From contig OZ037767.1 of the NCBI GenBank assembly GCA_964035545.1, forward strand, positions 12,695,801 through 12,759,800: DNA of 64,000 nt. Direction: 5' to 3'. Positions within the stretch are counted from its first letter, which is position 1; each line of letters starts with the position of its first letter. This DNA comes from Bugula neritina. Taxonomy: Eukaryota > Animalia > Bryozoa. Of this stretch, positions 16,401 to 29,581 are shown piece after piece. The notes beneath the pieces are model-generated. The model was not told where the DNA came from. It made no database searches and worked only from the letters and a program-made list of their open reading frames with translations. The position numbers were made by a program, and so were the translations under genes.

Positions 16401-19400
16401 ATTTGTGGTTGAGGTTTGCATGGACTTATGGTTGTGTTTTCATTCGATGCAACTGTTTCCTAACATCGAATAAAAAATTTGAAGCTTGGAAACGTAGTGA
16501 TAAATTGTCTGTTGAATTTCCAAGAGAAAAAGATATTGTTAGAAAGAAGTGAAAGACAACTAACATGTTTTTTGTAAGCTATATATTATCTCCACTATGT
16601 GTCTCTATTTTAGTTGTAGTAGCAAAATGTAGTTCACACGTACATCATATGTTAAAAATAATTGCCACTTGCGACATTTCCACTTACTTATTGAGTATGA
16701 GCGTGCCATTCTCCTCAAACATTGGTTTAAACGCCCAGCCACAGCTTAGTTCTGACACTTTTTCTGGATCACCCTAAAGTAGACCATTAGACATACAGAT
16801 TGCTTTCAGTAACTGAAGCTTGTCTTATGAATTCTCATAAAGATAGATTCAATAAAGAGTTAATTCGAAATGTCTGCTTCTCAGATGAAATATGTCTGGT
16901 AGAAATGCAGCAATGTCTGTCTATTTCTGTATTCTAGTAAATTATAGTATGAAGCGAAAGACTGCAATGTAACAGCAGATTTTTGCCTAAAGCTATAACA
17001 TATTTTATGACTCAGTATACTATAAAATGAAAGAGAGAAGTTAGCTTAGCTGCATTCACATTACTAGTGACTTGTGAGTTTATTCTGTGTGAAGATTATG
17101 CACATGAGTTTCAACTTACTAGCAGAATAATTGTAGTATTTAATTACCTCTTGCTTATATTGATGTGAAAAAAATCTTCAAACAATAATTTCTTTTTAAG
17201 CTACAGTATGTATATAAAACAAACATACTATTGTTGATAATACCCAATGCCCTAGTTCAAGTAATTTTGTAACAGCATCCGTGCTGACAGCAACAATGTT
17301 ATGGCTATCACTAACAAGCATACAAAAGTGACTCACTTTCTTACCTCTTTTGAAAAAACCACACTGAGCTCTATAAGTATTCCAATTTGATTACTCGGCT
17401 CTGCAATCCTAACAAAGCATTCAGAACTTTCCAGAGTAGTCGGTTTAACGAGAAATCTCCAGTTCCTGCCTTCCTTGTCAGTAACGTGTGCTAATGTTGT
17501 CACAATGTTGCTTAAGAACTAAAACCACAAGAGGAGACAATTAATAAATTACTTGTTCCAGTAACTAGAAAATAGCAAATCAGATATTTTATGCTTATTT
17601 CTATTGAAATTTTTAAAAAAATTAATTATTTATCAAGAGATTATGTTCAGTATAGTGGCTGCAAAGAGGTAAGTAACCTTGGATCCATCGAATAGAGAAA
17701 GACGGGCCAGTCTAGAGTGCACCACAACCTTTTCACCTGGTAGCGGAATGTTTTTAGCTTCTAACAAAGTAACAACCTTCTGAATCCGAGCAGTTCTTGG
17801 GCGCACCTAAAACATTGAACAATAGTAAGCAGTGCAATGACCTATTTCAACATCATCAATGTAGTGTCAAGTATGTCATGTAATCAGATGAAATAAATCC
17901 ATAAGTTATAAAGATTTTGTAAATAAAAAGTTTTTTCTAGACTTAGGCAAACAAAATGAAAAAGATTATGACCATATGCAAAATAATGAAGTTGCAATGA
18001 TGGTATCAAGACCCCATGGACAAGAGATGTGCAAGAAGTAAGTCTCATACTCTAACACCAAAATACACACATATCTCTGTTGAATAGAGCAAAAGATTAC
18101 AGAACCCTCAGAGTTGAAAAGTATAATCTGAATATTAGCATTCTGTAAAAGGAAAAACTACATAACTTGATCAAGTGCATGATACCATGAATTAGACTCA
18201 CTTTGTTAGTTGCTGGGTTATAGAGAGAAAGACCCCACCTTGTTAATAGCTAGGTTATAGAGAGAAAGACCCACCTTGTTAGTAGCTGGGTTATAGAGAG
18301 AAAGACCCACCTTGTTAGTAGCTGGGTTATAGAGAGAAAGACCCACCTTGTTAGCTGCTGGGTTACAGAGAGAAAGACCCACCTTGTTAGTAGCTGGGTC
18401 ACAGAGAGAAAGACTCACCTTGTTAGCTGCTGGGTTATAGAAGAGAAAGACCCACCTTGTTAGTAGCTGAGTTATAGAGAGAAAGACCCACCTTGTTAGT
18501 AGCTGGGTTATAGAGAGAAAGACCCACCTTGCTAGTAGCTGGGTTATATAAAGACTCACCTTGTTAGTAGCTGGGTTATAGAAGAGATCTTTATAGAAGA
18601 GGTTGGAGTTGCTGAGTTTAACTGCACCATAGTTGAGCAGAGTATGCTTCTCATTGAGAGAGTGGAGGCGGGCGCTAGTAGGTAACCGAAAGCCGGGTGG
18701 TACAGCTCCAAATGCGTGTAGCACGTCTGTGGCGCTTGTCTGTGGAAACAGTTTAGCCATATTCAAAATAGTTGAATAAAATGACATTGCTTTAATAATT
18801 GGACGTGTGACAACTGTAGGTGACAAAACTACAGATAAGTACAGACTAAGAAAGCCGGTGCTTAAGAAAAAGTGTTAATCACAGCTTGCACTTTCTACAA
18901 CCACCACCACCACTACTAGGACCACCACCACTACTAGGACCACCACCACCACTACTATTAGTACTACCGCCACCACCACTACTAGGACTACCATCACCAC
19001 CACTACTAGAATTACCATCACCACCACTACTAGCACCACCACGACCACTACTAATACTACTGCCACCACCATCACTGCTACCACCACTACTAAGACTACT
19101 AGTACCACTACTATCCCCAGCAGTACTAATACTACTAGTGCCACCCGTACTACCAGTACCACCACTACTACTAGTACTACAACCACCACCTTCACCACCA
19201 CTACTGCTACTACTACTGCTGCTGCTACTACTACTACTGCTACTGCTACTGCTACTGCTACTGCTGCTGCTGCTGCTGCTGCTACTACTGCTACTACTGC
19301 TACTACTGCTACTACTACTGCTACTACTACTGCTACTACGACTACTACTACTGCTGCTACTACTGCTACTACTGCTACTACTACTACTACTACTGCTGCT

Positions 19401-20610
19401 ACTACTGCTGCTGCTGCTACAAGAATTAGCTTTTGTAAATACAACAGTATAATCACTATAATGTATAGAAGACCATTTATAACTGCAACTACTAAAAACC
19501 CCAAAACATTTCATCACCTCACTGAGAGCCTTCTTAATGCTGCCCCACAATTCCTTGCCAGTTCGTGGAGACGTGGGCGTCTGCGGATCATCTTCAGTCA
19601 TGAGATCAGAATACTTGACGTGGGGTTTCAGGAAGTTGCTGGGTACTAACCCTGTCTCCCCGTTTTGGTTCTCACAAACCCACCAGCTGTCATCTCTAAG
19701 AAGTATTGAAATAAGTTGCAGGCTGCCTGACTACTAAATATAATAAATATTAGTCTCATTTATACTACTACTTTGAAGTTATGTCCTCTACACTTTAGAG
19801 AGTTCACACTACTATATTTGTACCCATTTCCTGTTTACCCATAATCCTTCTATTTCCTGTGTCTCCATTAAATAAATGATGAAATATCTTGCTTTACTTA
19901 ATAATCTATTTACATTTAAGTTCAACAAAAACAACATGGCCACTGAATATCACAACAGGTTTACAATCAAATCAGCCAGATGACTTGTCCAAATAAACAG
20001 ATAGAAAAAAAATTGCCCTAATATGATGGTTGCTCACAGTTTAAGCTCTTCCCACTTGTTGTTACTATATATATGCTGTGTTTATATGATAAAAGATTCA
20101 ACTTAATGAACCAGTGTCTGATCCACATATTTATAAACCCTACAAATTATTGTAAATACACAGATGAGTTACAAGCATCAATACACCAAGATAAAACCAG
20201 CAAGCCAGCCTAGTAGTCTATCACGATGATTAAACTGTAATCAATATGGCTGCCGCTAAGTGCTGCCATTGAGTCATACCGAACAGAGCGTAAGATGACA
20301 ATTTCGCCAGCCTTCACCTCCAAGTCACCTTTCTTCTGCGCAACAAAGTCGTACAAGAGTTCGTATTCTGGCTCGACTTTGATCTAGAAGATATTCATAC
20401 ACATTCACAGCATGCTACAGAATAATCAGCTGCGCCGAATATACAACTGAGCGAGTAAACCTCAGAAGTAGAAGTAGTTACACTGGTAACTTTTGTGTCT
20501 AAATGTTTAAGAAATAATATAAATATACAGTACAAGAACATAAATAACATAATATACTATATATACTATATATAACAGAATAATATAATTAGTGCTTGTG
20601 CATGTACATG

Positions 20611-20685
<75 letters not shown>

Positions 20686-23600
20686 CATACGTCCACACGT
20701 ACGTATGCACCCATGCATTTACAATAAAAACTAAAGCAATTTTTAGATATTATTTTTTGTATTAACACTAGTAGTTCAATGCTAGTGGCACATTCATACT
20801 TTAAATCTCATACAGCAATGCAATGCAGCATACAAGATCTCAGAAAAGAAGTTGCTTAACTTAAATCAACAAATTCAAGTATTATAAAATATAACAGATT
20901 AACTGTTGTGAGTACAGAGCACCAATGTCTCTCACATTGGGTAGTCAATCAATAGCAATTATGCAATATGGCTGGACAGTAAACACACTCGGTGTAGGTA
21001 GGTAGGTGCAGTAATGGAGAAATTGAAAAAAGCCTGTGTTCTAGATTAAAGATATAGCAAAAGAAGTTGTGTTCTTGCAAGAAATTCAACCCCACCCCAA
21101 ACCAAAATTTAATGATAAAAAAGAACTTAGGCAATCTCAATTTCTCCACTACTGCTCCTTCGTATACTGAAAGGTAAACATACATCAGAATCGTCTTCTC
21201 CATTTCCTTCCTCTTCAACTTCCTCCTCGACCTCTTCCTCTTCATATTCGGAGTCGTCTTCTTCATACGAACCTTCCTCGTCCGTATATTCCTCTGTAAT
21301 AGTCATACAGTATACAGCAACCATACGACTATCACGTACATAGCTCATAATACATAGATGTAGAACAATAGTAGGACAAGCGCATAATTCATAATATTTA
21401 GATGTAGAACAATAATAAAGAAGGAATATAGCTTTTAAGGAATAGATATAGAACAGTAACAGAACATACACATGCTTAGGTAAGGTATAGATCATATTAT
21501 TAGACATGATAGTGTGTTGTCTATTGCAGACCAAATGTATTATAGTCATAGACTGAGTTATTTTGCATTGTAGACTTAGTTCTAAAACACTCTGTCAACA
21601 CACCCTCGCCTTCTTCTTCCTCCCCTTCTTCTTCATATTCTCCATCCTCATCTACACCATCTTCCTCAGAGTTCAGCTCCTCCTTGATTTTCCTAAATTA
21701 AAAAAACTCTAGATTTAAAGACAACTTTCAACATGAAAAGTTTTTGTTCCTGTAAAACTCACGCAAGTTTATAGTCACCATCCCTGTGAGAAAACCCCTG
21801 GCGGAAAGGGTCTTTTTAAAGTGGGCTAAGGACTTATTCAGATAGGGCACAGGAGCAGTCAAAACATCACCAATAGCCTTTGTCGGAGTTCAAAACCATG
21901 ACTTCGTGTTTACTAGGCAAACGCTTTAATCCCTAGACCACGGCTGCTCCCTTCCTTTTACCCGTAAAAAAATTTCTAACTTTTATAAATATTTCTCTTG
22001 TTTTATTAAAATACTGCCCATAACATTTTTCTCAATTTATCATTTTACATTTGTCATTATCACAATTTTCCAAAAGACTTTTTTTTAGCAATAAATGCAT
22101 ATAACATTTCACTTTCGTTTTATATATATGAGACAACCAATGAAAATAACAATTTAGACTTGCAAATGAGTTTGAGAGTTATCCATAGTGAGGCTAAAGC
22201 ATTTTTTTATTCTGTTTATCTGGTATGCCTATATTCAAAACTACAACACATGAAAAAGCCACTCTTAGAGTATCAGAGAATGCAGGGAAAAGCAACATAA
22301 AGAAAAATTATAGCACATCTGATGTGGCTTATTCATGTATAAAATTGTATAAATAATATGCAATGCAGCGAAATAAGAAGTGTGTGGCAGAGTAAAGCTC
22401 ATAACAGGGTAGTCATATTCATATGAAATAATTTGAGCACACATTCATGGGTGAAGTTAGCCTTACCGAGCATATTCCTGATCGTCACTGTCGAATACAC
22501 AACATACACACAGCATATGAATAGAGCTTGCATTGGAAAACACCAATACAAGTTCAACTTCAATTAAGCTCTTACTTTAAGCTAAGTTTTCATGAATTGC
22601 GTCAACGGCACCAAGTGCTGCCGTCACAATTGAAGAGTTAATTTTTACTGACTGTTACGTAAAAATTGTGCTAATATAAAAGAAACACATGTCAAACTTC
22701 GTCGAAGTTGTCCGATTTTTTATAAAAAATTGTTTAGATGCTATCTTTATCTAGTAAGAATGAACAAACAAATCGCAGCTGTGTTATAGTTTAGTTTCAT
22801 TACTTTTGGAATCTGGATTATGTACTACCATACCACGTATATACTCGCATAATGTGCATCTCCACCTTTCTATACTATAAACTCTACGCATGCATATATT
22901 TTATATCAGACTTTCTGGCACCATATAAACTCTAGAGTATTCTAAGATTATAGAATAAACTTTACTTCTATTCCATGAAAAAATACTACTCGGGTATACC
23001 TGTGATATACTACCTAGGTTTACCTGTAATATACTATCCAGGTTTACCTGTAATATACTACTTAAGTTGCGTTTATACATCTGCTGAAAAAAGTACCGAG
23101 TTTAAGTTAATAACGCTGTTCCGGGTACCCCTTTATAGTCAAACTTAAACTCGTTGAAATCATATTGATGCGGTTGCTCACTTTTTGAAATTGAAATTTG
23201 ACTCGCATAATAGCTATTTGATGCCCTTTGTAAACGTCGTGAATTAGTGAAGCGGAAAGCATAAAAGCGATAATTGAGAAGGCGTAGGCTATATAATTAT
23301 AACCGTATAAGTACGTTGTCTAATCGCCAAAGTAATAACTAAATAACGATGTTTACAATGAGTTATTACTCCTATTCTAAAATTGGCCGATTAAGTTATC
23401 ACAGTACAAAAATTTCAACGGGTGGCTTTTACAATGCAATTCAACTCGGAGAAATTTCAACCCGGCCAAATTGAAATTTTGACCGAAAATCGTGAAGGTA
23501 TAAACGCAACTTAAGGTTTACCTGTAATATACTACCTAGATTTACCTGTAATATACAACCTAGGTTTACCTGTAATATACTACCTAGATTTACATGTAAC

Positions 23601-25049
23601 ATACTACCTAGATTTACCTGTAATATACTACCTAGGTTTACCTGTAATATACTACCTAGGTTTACCTGTAATAGTCTTCTTCAGTCTCATCTGGCTCCAG
23701 TTTCTTTTCCATTTCTTTCACCTGGTCCTAAAGTTTCCATTACAAACACTCAACAGTTATTGTAACCAGGCTTTGAGCAATTACTTCAAAATTTATTGAG
23801 TTTAGGGAAAATTAGCAGCAGAAAAGGCAATAGTATGATTATAATAACTTCAAATATGTACTACAACCTGATTGATTCATTATAACCAGTATATCAACAT
23901 TTAATCAACATAATCAGTTTATCAACATTTAATCAACACAATCAGTTTATCAACATTTAATCAACATAATCAGTATATCACCATTTAATCAACTCAATCA
24001 GTTTATCAACACTTTAGTCCACCCACCAACATCTTAGTGAGTCGTTTAACTTCATCATCTTTCTTCGAGTCAAAATTTGACATTTTTGTTGGTTCATCAG
24101 TTTTTGTCATTTTAGTTATCCTGTTGTTGAGATCTGTCATATCATTTCTCATATCGACACAACTAAATTATACAATAACATAACTGAATTATACATCACC
24201 ATAGCTTCATAATACATCAGTTTAGCTAAAATATATAGTATTATTAATTAGCCATTTTGATGTATTATATTATTATATTGCAATCACAAGCCTTAGTATG
24301 CGTAGAAAGTTCCATTTATTTATAGAATTAAAAGTTTTCCATACTCACTCCTGATAAAATCTTTTCAATTTGTCTTGTCTGTTGGATGCAGAGGGGTTAT
24401 TGAATACAGTGGCACACTCCTTTTGAAGTTTATCCAGCTAAAATGGTATTTATATAAGTTTACAGCTTGCTTAGGTGGAATGAAAATACAAAAACTTATA
24501 AGTCAAAAATAATTTATTAAAATCGGACTAAATAAAAGACTGAATGAGATTTTATTCAAGCATTTAACTCATTATAACAGAAAGATTATTGTACAAATAG
24601 GTTCTTATTTCAACAAATTTAGCCTTTATACACAAATATAAGCAGGCCAACATATTATATAACCAAGTCAAAAGGCATATATAATACATTGTATTGCATG
24701 TACCAGATAATCATTCTATGGTAAAGTAAGCAAAGCTTGGAACTATCAATCACTAACTCAACCTGATATAAGGATGCAACTTTAGTAAGTGGCTATTCTC
24801 ATCTTCTCACAGCAAATAGGAAGGAGTGATATGAAGCATTGAGAAGAAACTTAATAGTTCAACAATTAAAATAACCATGCTATTTCTTATATATTATGTG
24901 GCTATTACATATTATACTATGTTATGTAATATATATAGGTGTTTTACAAACTCTATAGTAAGCATGATAAATTTGTCAACCTTTTTCTTCAAGGCATCAG
25001 CTTCCTTTGCTAAATGCTTCAAGGACGGAGTAGGTGTTTTGCCTGACAT
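7446..25049 (-). CDS. NPHP1: Nephrocystin-1 orthologue (coiled coil, acidic region, SH3, nephrocystin homology domain), 19 coding exons
   Basis: Exons (approx.) 25049-24981, 24437-24349, 24162-24028, 23727-23666, 21692-21603, 21293-21184, 20383-20280, 19696-19519, 18739-18560, 17807-17679, 17516-17346, 16774-16689, 16264-16188, 12649-12543, 11393-11281, 10842-10768, 10451-10407, 7967-7854, 7601-7446. They give an N-terminal coiled coil, E/D-rich exons and an SH3 domain (LYDFVAQKKGDLEVKAGE...WWVCENQNGETGLVPSNFL). NHD motifs follow in the order recalled for human NPHP1: GAVPPGFR, IPLPG, LFDG, LSNIVT, GILIEL, ELSCGW, NGGTPFEKDVEVDPSIARR, LLRDRDNLQST, FPQLLEMPD, EPFD. Stop at 7446. Confidence 0.93.
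11770..12465. repeat. 23-bp minisatellite (ccagctatatttactatactata)n, ~30 copies, NPHP1 intron
   Basis: Directly visible tandem array that grades into GTAAGT-rich sequence at the splice donor near 12542. Confidence 0.95.
12830..12978. repeat. 20-bp tandem repeat (atatagaatagtgcatrtca)n
   Basis: About 7 visible copies. Confidence 0.85.
14865..15880. repeat. 42-bp minisatellite (gtaatgtgagagagggtagtgagtagggacagtatagtttga)n, ~23 copies
   Basis: Directly visible. Preceded by a ~48-bp repeat at ~14630-14830. Confidence 0.95.
18195..18582 (-). repeat. ~36-bp tandem repeat of an NPHP1 exon end plus splice donor
   Basis: Minus-strand unit TATAACCCAGCTACTAACAAG|GTGRGTCTTTCTCTC, about 11 copies; the first copy is the end of exon 18739-18560. 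Confidence 0.9.
18895..19420. repeat. Compound trinucleotide repeat (CCA/CTA/CTG)n
   Basis: Source of the poly-Ser, poly-Val and poly-Leu/Pro ORFs; lies between NPHP1 exons. Confidence 0.95.
20960..21160. repeat. Dispersed repeat; second copy at ~41900-42077
   Basis: Both loci share aagaagttrtgttcttgc...ccaaacca.aattt...aaagaacttaggc.atctcaatttctccactactgct. Confidence 0.75.
21760..21952 (-). mobile_element. tRNA-derived SINE-like repeat
   Basis: Minus strand GGGAGCAGCCGTGGTCTAGGGATTAAAGCG (A-box-like), a B-box-like segment, then AAAGGCTATTGGTGATG. Related copies at ~46325-46410 (-), ~56805-57010 (+) and ~60637-61050 (+). Confidence 0.7.
22985..23673 (-). repeat. 24-bp tandem repeat of an NPHP1 exon end plus donor, interrupted by a MITE
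   Basis: Minus-strand unit TATTACAG|GTAAACCTAGGTAGTA; about 7 copies at 23515-23673 and 3 at 22985-23060. Confidence 0.88.
23062..23514. mobile_element. MITE-like non-autonomous TIR element
   Basis: ttaagttgcgtttatac ... gtataaacgcaacttaa are perfect inverted ends with a TTAA (or TA) target duplication; no ORF. Confidence 0.85.
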
Positions 25050-26074
25050 GATGTGACTTGATGAGGTATTAACATGAACTGGACCTTTGGTTGAGCTGGA
25101 CAACTATTTTCCTATAAACAAAATAATGCATTTAAATTTACTATCATGTGTTATGTCTCATTTATAAAAAAAGATTAGAAAATTAAAAATGCAAAAATAT
25201 ACTTATTGTAATAAATTTCAATGGAAGATTTTAAACCTTTTGAAAAAAATGCAACAACATGATTTTGTACAAATATAATAATTGCCAGATGTGACTTTTG
25301 GTGAGCTTATTGATAAATTAATAAAACCCATATGTACTACTTCATCTTTTGTGTAAAGTCAACATAGTTAAGAAATGTAAATATTCTATCTTCTACATTT
25401 GCAGACTTTTTTCTACAATCTAGTTGACCAAGTAAGAAACATACCAAAATGACAATTACAAAAATGTCAATATTATTGAAATAAAGTGAAACCAGAAGAG
25501 TAGCTTATGATTTAATATTAAATATTAACAAAGAACTTAGTCACAAGCTGATCCAATATACCCTTTGAAATTGCATAGCTGCATCGTGATGATATTTTTA
25601 TTTTGAAACCCTGCAAACTAAAGTACATGCCATAGTAGCAGACCAACTGACAAGTGCGGTTAGTCATGACTAAAATATTACAAAGCATAAAGGGCAGCAA
25701 CAAACCAGATGTAATTGAAACTCTAATGTTAACCTAAAACATTGGAAGACTTTTTTCATCAATTTTTTATACAACCATGAAGAACTAAATTGATTCAGCC
25801 CCAAATACAAAGCAACCGTTTTTATTGCAGTATGATGCATAAAACCAGCACAGTTACTTAATTTAATATAAAAAAATCTTCAGCTGTGATCAATAACATT
25901 TTTGTTTATTTAGTCCATAAGTTCAAGTAGCAATCATCAATAAAAAAGACATAATTTTTCATTAGTTTCACTTCAAGCTACATACTTCTTATAGTTAAAG
26001 TTGAACTAGTCAGTTTGAATGTTAAAAACTTTCCGTTTTAACAGTCGATGTTGGTACACAATTCAGTTTGAAGT

Positions 26075-28560
26075 TGTTACGTAATTATAATAGACGGCAG
26101 CTCCAAGCTGCCTTCGTGACCTCCAACCACTCCTGCGTCACACCAAGCGCCACCTCGACGTGCCCTACGCAAGCCAACGCAGTTTGGCTCCCCAAACTGC
26201 CCAGCAGTACACACTGACGACTACTCTAGTAGCCCTTACCAGTACTACCTACTTCACTGGTAGGCAACTAAACTGAAAACTAAAATAAGAAAGACTAACA
26301 ATAACTAAACTATTAATCTACACAAAGAAATAACTACCTACAAACAATACTAATTAAATATAACAATATAACTATTCTAATAAATGACAAGACAGAATAA
26401 TAATAATATGGCAGACCACACGTCCTTCACTGAGCAATAGCAATTTTGAAGTGGCCGTGAGTCATGCAACTTAGCTGCTCGACCAGAATACGTAACTGGC
26501 GTGGTCGGTCTGAAAAGATAACTCACATCTCCCCCAGCTTCTCATGAAGCTCAAATAAACCTGTATGACTAACAATCATAGTCTGAGAAATAAACAGGTT
26601 GTCGCCTCACTTGTTCCAGTTAAACCGGCAGCTGCTCTGCTGCCACCTCAAGTTGGTCTACTGCACGGTGTTCTCCAACACCAACCGGCTGTGTGCCAAC
26701 AGCCTCAAGACGCTCAATCCCACCCGCGTCGAGTCTTTTATCTAGCTGAAGTGTCTCTTCAACATTACGACCAATCAGGTCAGTTACAGCGTCTTCTGGG
26801 ATCTGAGCCAATGACGGTCCTGAAACGAGATCGTCCTGACCAGCTGAGTCATGACGCAAAATCTTGGGTTCATACCAACTGCGCTCTCGGCTCCCTTCAT
26901 AGCGACGTGTTCTTACATCTCTCACATGCCGAGGCACACCATTCACACAGACTGTGTGCTTCGATGTGATGCCAGTGATCTGCCCAAGAGCCCACCGCTT
27001 TGTGTGAGAAGCTGGGGCTGGTTTCACCCAAACATGATCACCAACCGCGAAACTACTTTCGCCTGATACGTCAACCTCCTGCGTATTAACATTGAAAGGC
27101 ACTCACCACGAGTACCGGAACAAGACATTGGAGAGAACGGAGCTCTCATCAACATCTTTGCGAAGTGTACCATCATACCGAAATGTTGCCTCTTCCGGAG
27201 TGATGACTCTTCTTTCCGCAATCCTCTTGATTGTCCTGTGGTTTCTCTCTACAATCCCATTGCCGCTCGGGGCGTAAGCAGCTCGGAATCGAAGAGATAT
27301 TCCTCACTCATCAGCAAACTGCTCTACTGCTGCTGACCTAAACGCCATAAAGTTGTCCATGAGGAACTCGTAGCATGGCCCTCGCTCAACAACACTTCGC
27401 AGTTGAGCAACAATGTTATCTGCAGACTCGGTCTGCAGTCGTCATCATATAGCAAAATTCGATGGGCCACAATCCACCATTGACAAAAAGAGCCGATCCT
27501 CGTAGTGAGTCACATCGATGGCAACCCTGTGCCAGTTGCCTTCTACGAACAAGCTTCCGGTCGGCACAAAGTTTAAAGATCGCAAGGCCGGATATATCCT
27601 CTGACAAGCCTCGCACCCAGCTAGCTTAGACTTTACCTGCTCTCGAGACAGATCTCCACAAATTTGCCTAGCAAGGTATAGAGTTCAATCAATGCCCAGG
27701 TGATGGGGCAAATGTGCTGCCCAAACTGCATCCCCGATACTTTCACCAGTGGCCAGTGCTGCAGTCACATTTGCACCAAGACTCCCCGTCTTTCAATGCT
27801 CGAGCCACCGCTTGGGAAGCCTGGTCATGCAGTCTGCCTTGTTCTCAGCAGTCGACACATATCGCACTGACACATTAAGACCTAACTCCGAGATAGTGTC
27901 TCGGATCACGCCCAGCCGGCGCTTCACCAATATCTCTGCAGTGCCTTTTATTTTGACATGACTGCGTGCATCGATGGCGTTACCTACCCAGCTGACGACC
28001 GTAAGTGAGTCAACAGCCAACGTGAAGGATTTGAAGCCCCATGCGATGGCCAGGTAAATTCCCCTTGCGACAGCTTCTAGCTCGGCAACATTGATGTGAG
28101 AGTAGTCCGCCTCTTTACGAAGCCAGGACGTGTCTTCCACAACACTCCCGCCCACATTAAGTACCACTCCAATGACAAGGGAGCTAGCATCGGTCCAAAC
28201 AGTGACCGGATTGCCAGAATCCACACACCAAGGACCCCGAACTAGGTCTTCACTTTGAGCTTTGGCTAAAAGCTCTTTTGCCAGCATGCTGAGCGTTTCC
28301 CCAACAGGTGAATGCCAAGCTACGCCACAATCCAGGCGCTTGAGAAAACTGCACTGCAATCACAACCATCTAGCAACTGGGTAGTGACCGACCAATCGAC
28401 CGCACAAGGAGAATAGTTCTCGCTTAGTTAGCCTAACAAAGTCGGCGCTGATGTCAGTCAAAGGCATGGTCCTCAACATTTGTAGAGCCCCGTGGCTATT
28501 CTGCTTTAGGGCAATTCCTAGCAGACGACCACCATTCAGGCCAAACAGCTCCTTCGCCTC
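26075..28560 (-). mobile_element. 5'-truncated, decayed Ty3/Gypsy LTR retrotransposon (RT end, RNase H, integrase, PPT, 3' LTR)
   Basis: RNase H: VWTDASS...HINVAELEAVARG...VDS...ENKAD. Integrase: WHRVAIDVTHY, AYAPSGNGIVERNHRTIK, GDHVWVKP. Stops and frameshifts are present. Minus-strand PPT GGGGGAGA precedes a TG...CA LTR at ~26527-26075. Confidence 0.88.
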
Positions 28561-29581
28561 GAGTCCATAGTGCCACTAAGACTATGAATATGATTTACTT
28601 TTAAGAATATCAATATCAGGCTGACTATGAGCATTATGATTATTATAAACCTAAAGTTAAAGTAATTTTTATTTAACACTAGCAACAATACTAACAGTAT
28701 CACTACCAATATAACACTCGTAGTATGACTATGAGTATGAGTATCAGTATGACTATGAGTATGAGTATCAGTGAGTATGACATTGAAACTCACATTGTGA
28801 TTGAGTTTGACATCAAAAGACTACGATTGATGATTGACTAACACACTACTATGAGAGTTGAATGTAAGCTGCACTTTGATAAAGTACTTAAAAAAACTTA
28901 AAAATAGCATGATATTAAACAAACAGTTTATACTAACTGAGTTTTTCTAATTGGTAATTTTTGCCAGTGTGCTACCAATTTGAAGACATCGTGATCGTAA
29001 ACGTTTACAGTGAGTATCTAAAGAAGCCGTGTACTACCACGATACTAATATTGTTATTCATTCGGTAATTAAAAAGAGTTATTTTCTCTTATTAGCATTC
29101 TCTTTTAAAATCATCAGTATAATTATATGAAAACTTGAGTTTATATTTAAAAAAATTATATTTGTAACACGATTCAAAAATACAATTTGCAAAACATTCA
29201 ACTACATCACATCCATGCATTCTAATATTACTAATTTATTAAAGCCCTAAGATTATAATATTACATAAATATAAGAGTAATATTACAATAGCTCAATTGC
29301 GTTTTGAAACAAGGAGTTATCTTTTCCTCAAGAATTTTATTGAAGCAGATGTTGTGCAGCTGCGTGTAGTTTGAGGTTCCAGCTTTAATAGAAGTTTTCT
29401 AATGTTGTCCTATTTCTTCGAATGATTATTTAGTACCACGGGCTATCACATTAGTCAACCGGCGAGCTTCTCTTGAAAACGGTGTCTGGTGTTGGGGCTC
29501 TAATCAACTGCTACCAGCTAGTAATAGTAATAGAAAAGTTTGAGTTTACATCTATAATAATATTTTATATTAAAATCAACC

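Noticed and set aside
18875-19601. Poly-Ser/Gly, poly-Val and poly-Leu/Pro ORFs
   Set aside because: Trinucleotide repeat. Only the part above ~19519 is a real NPHP1 exon, which ends at a GT donor before the repeat.
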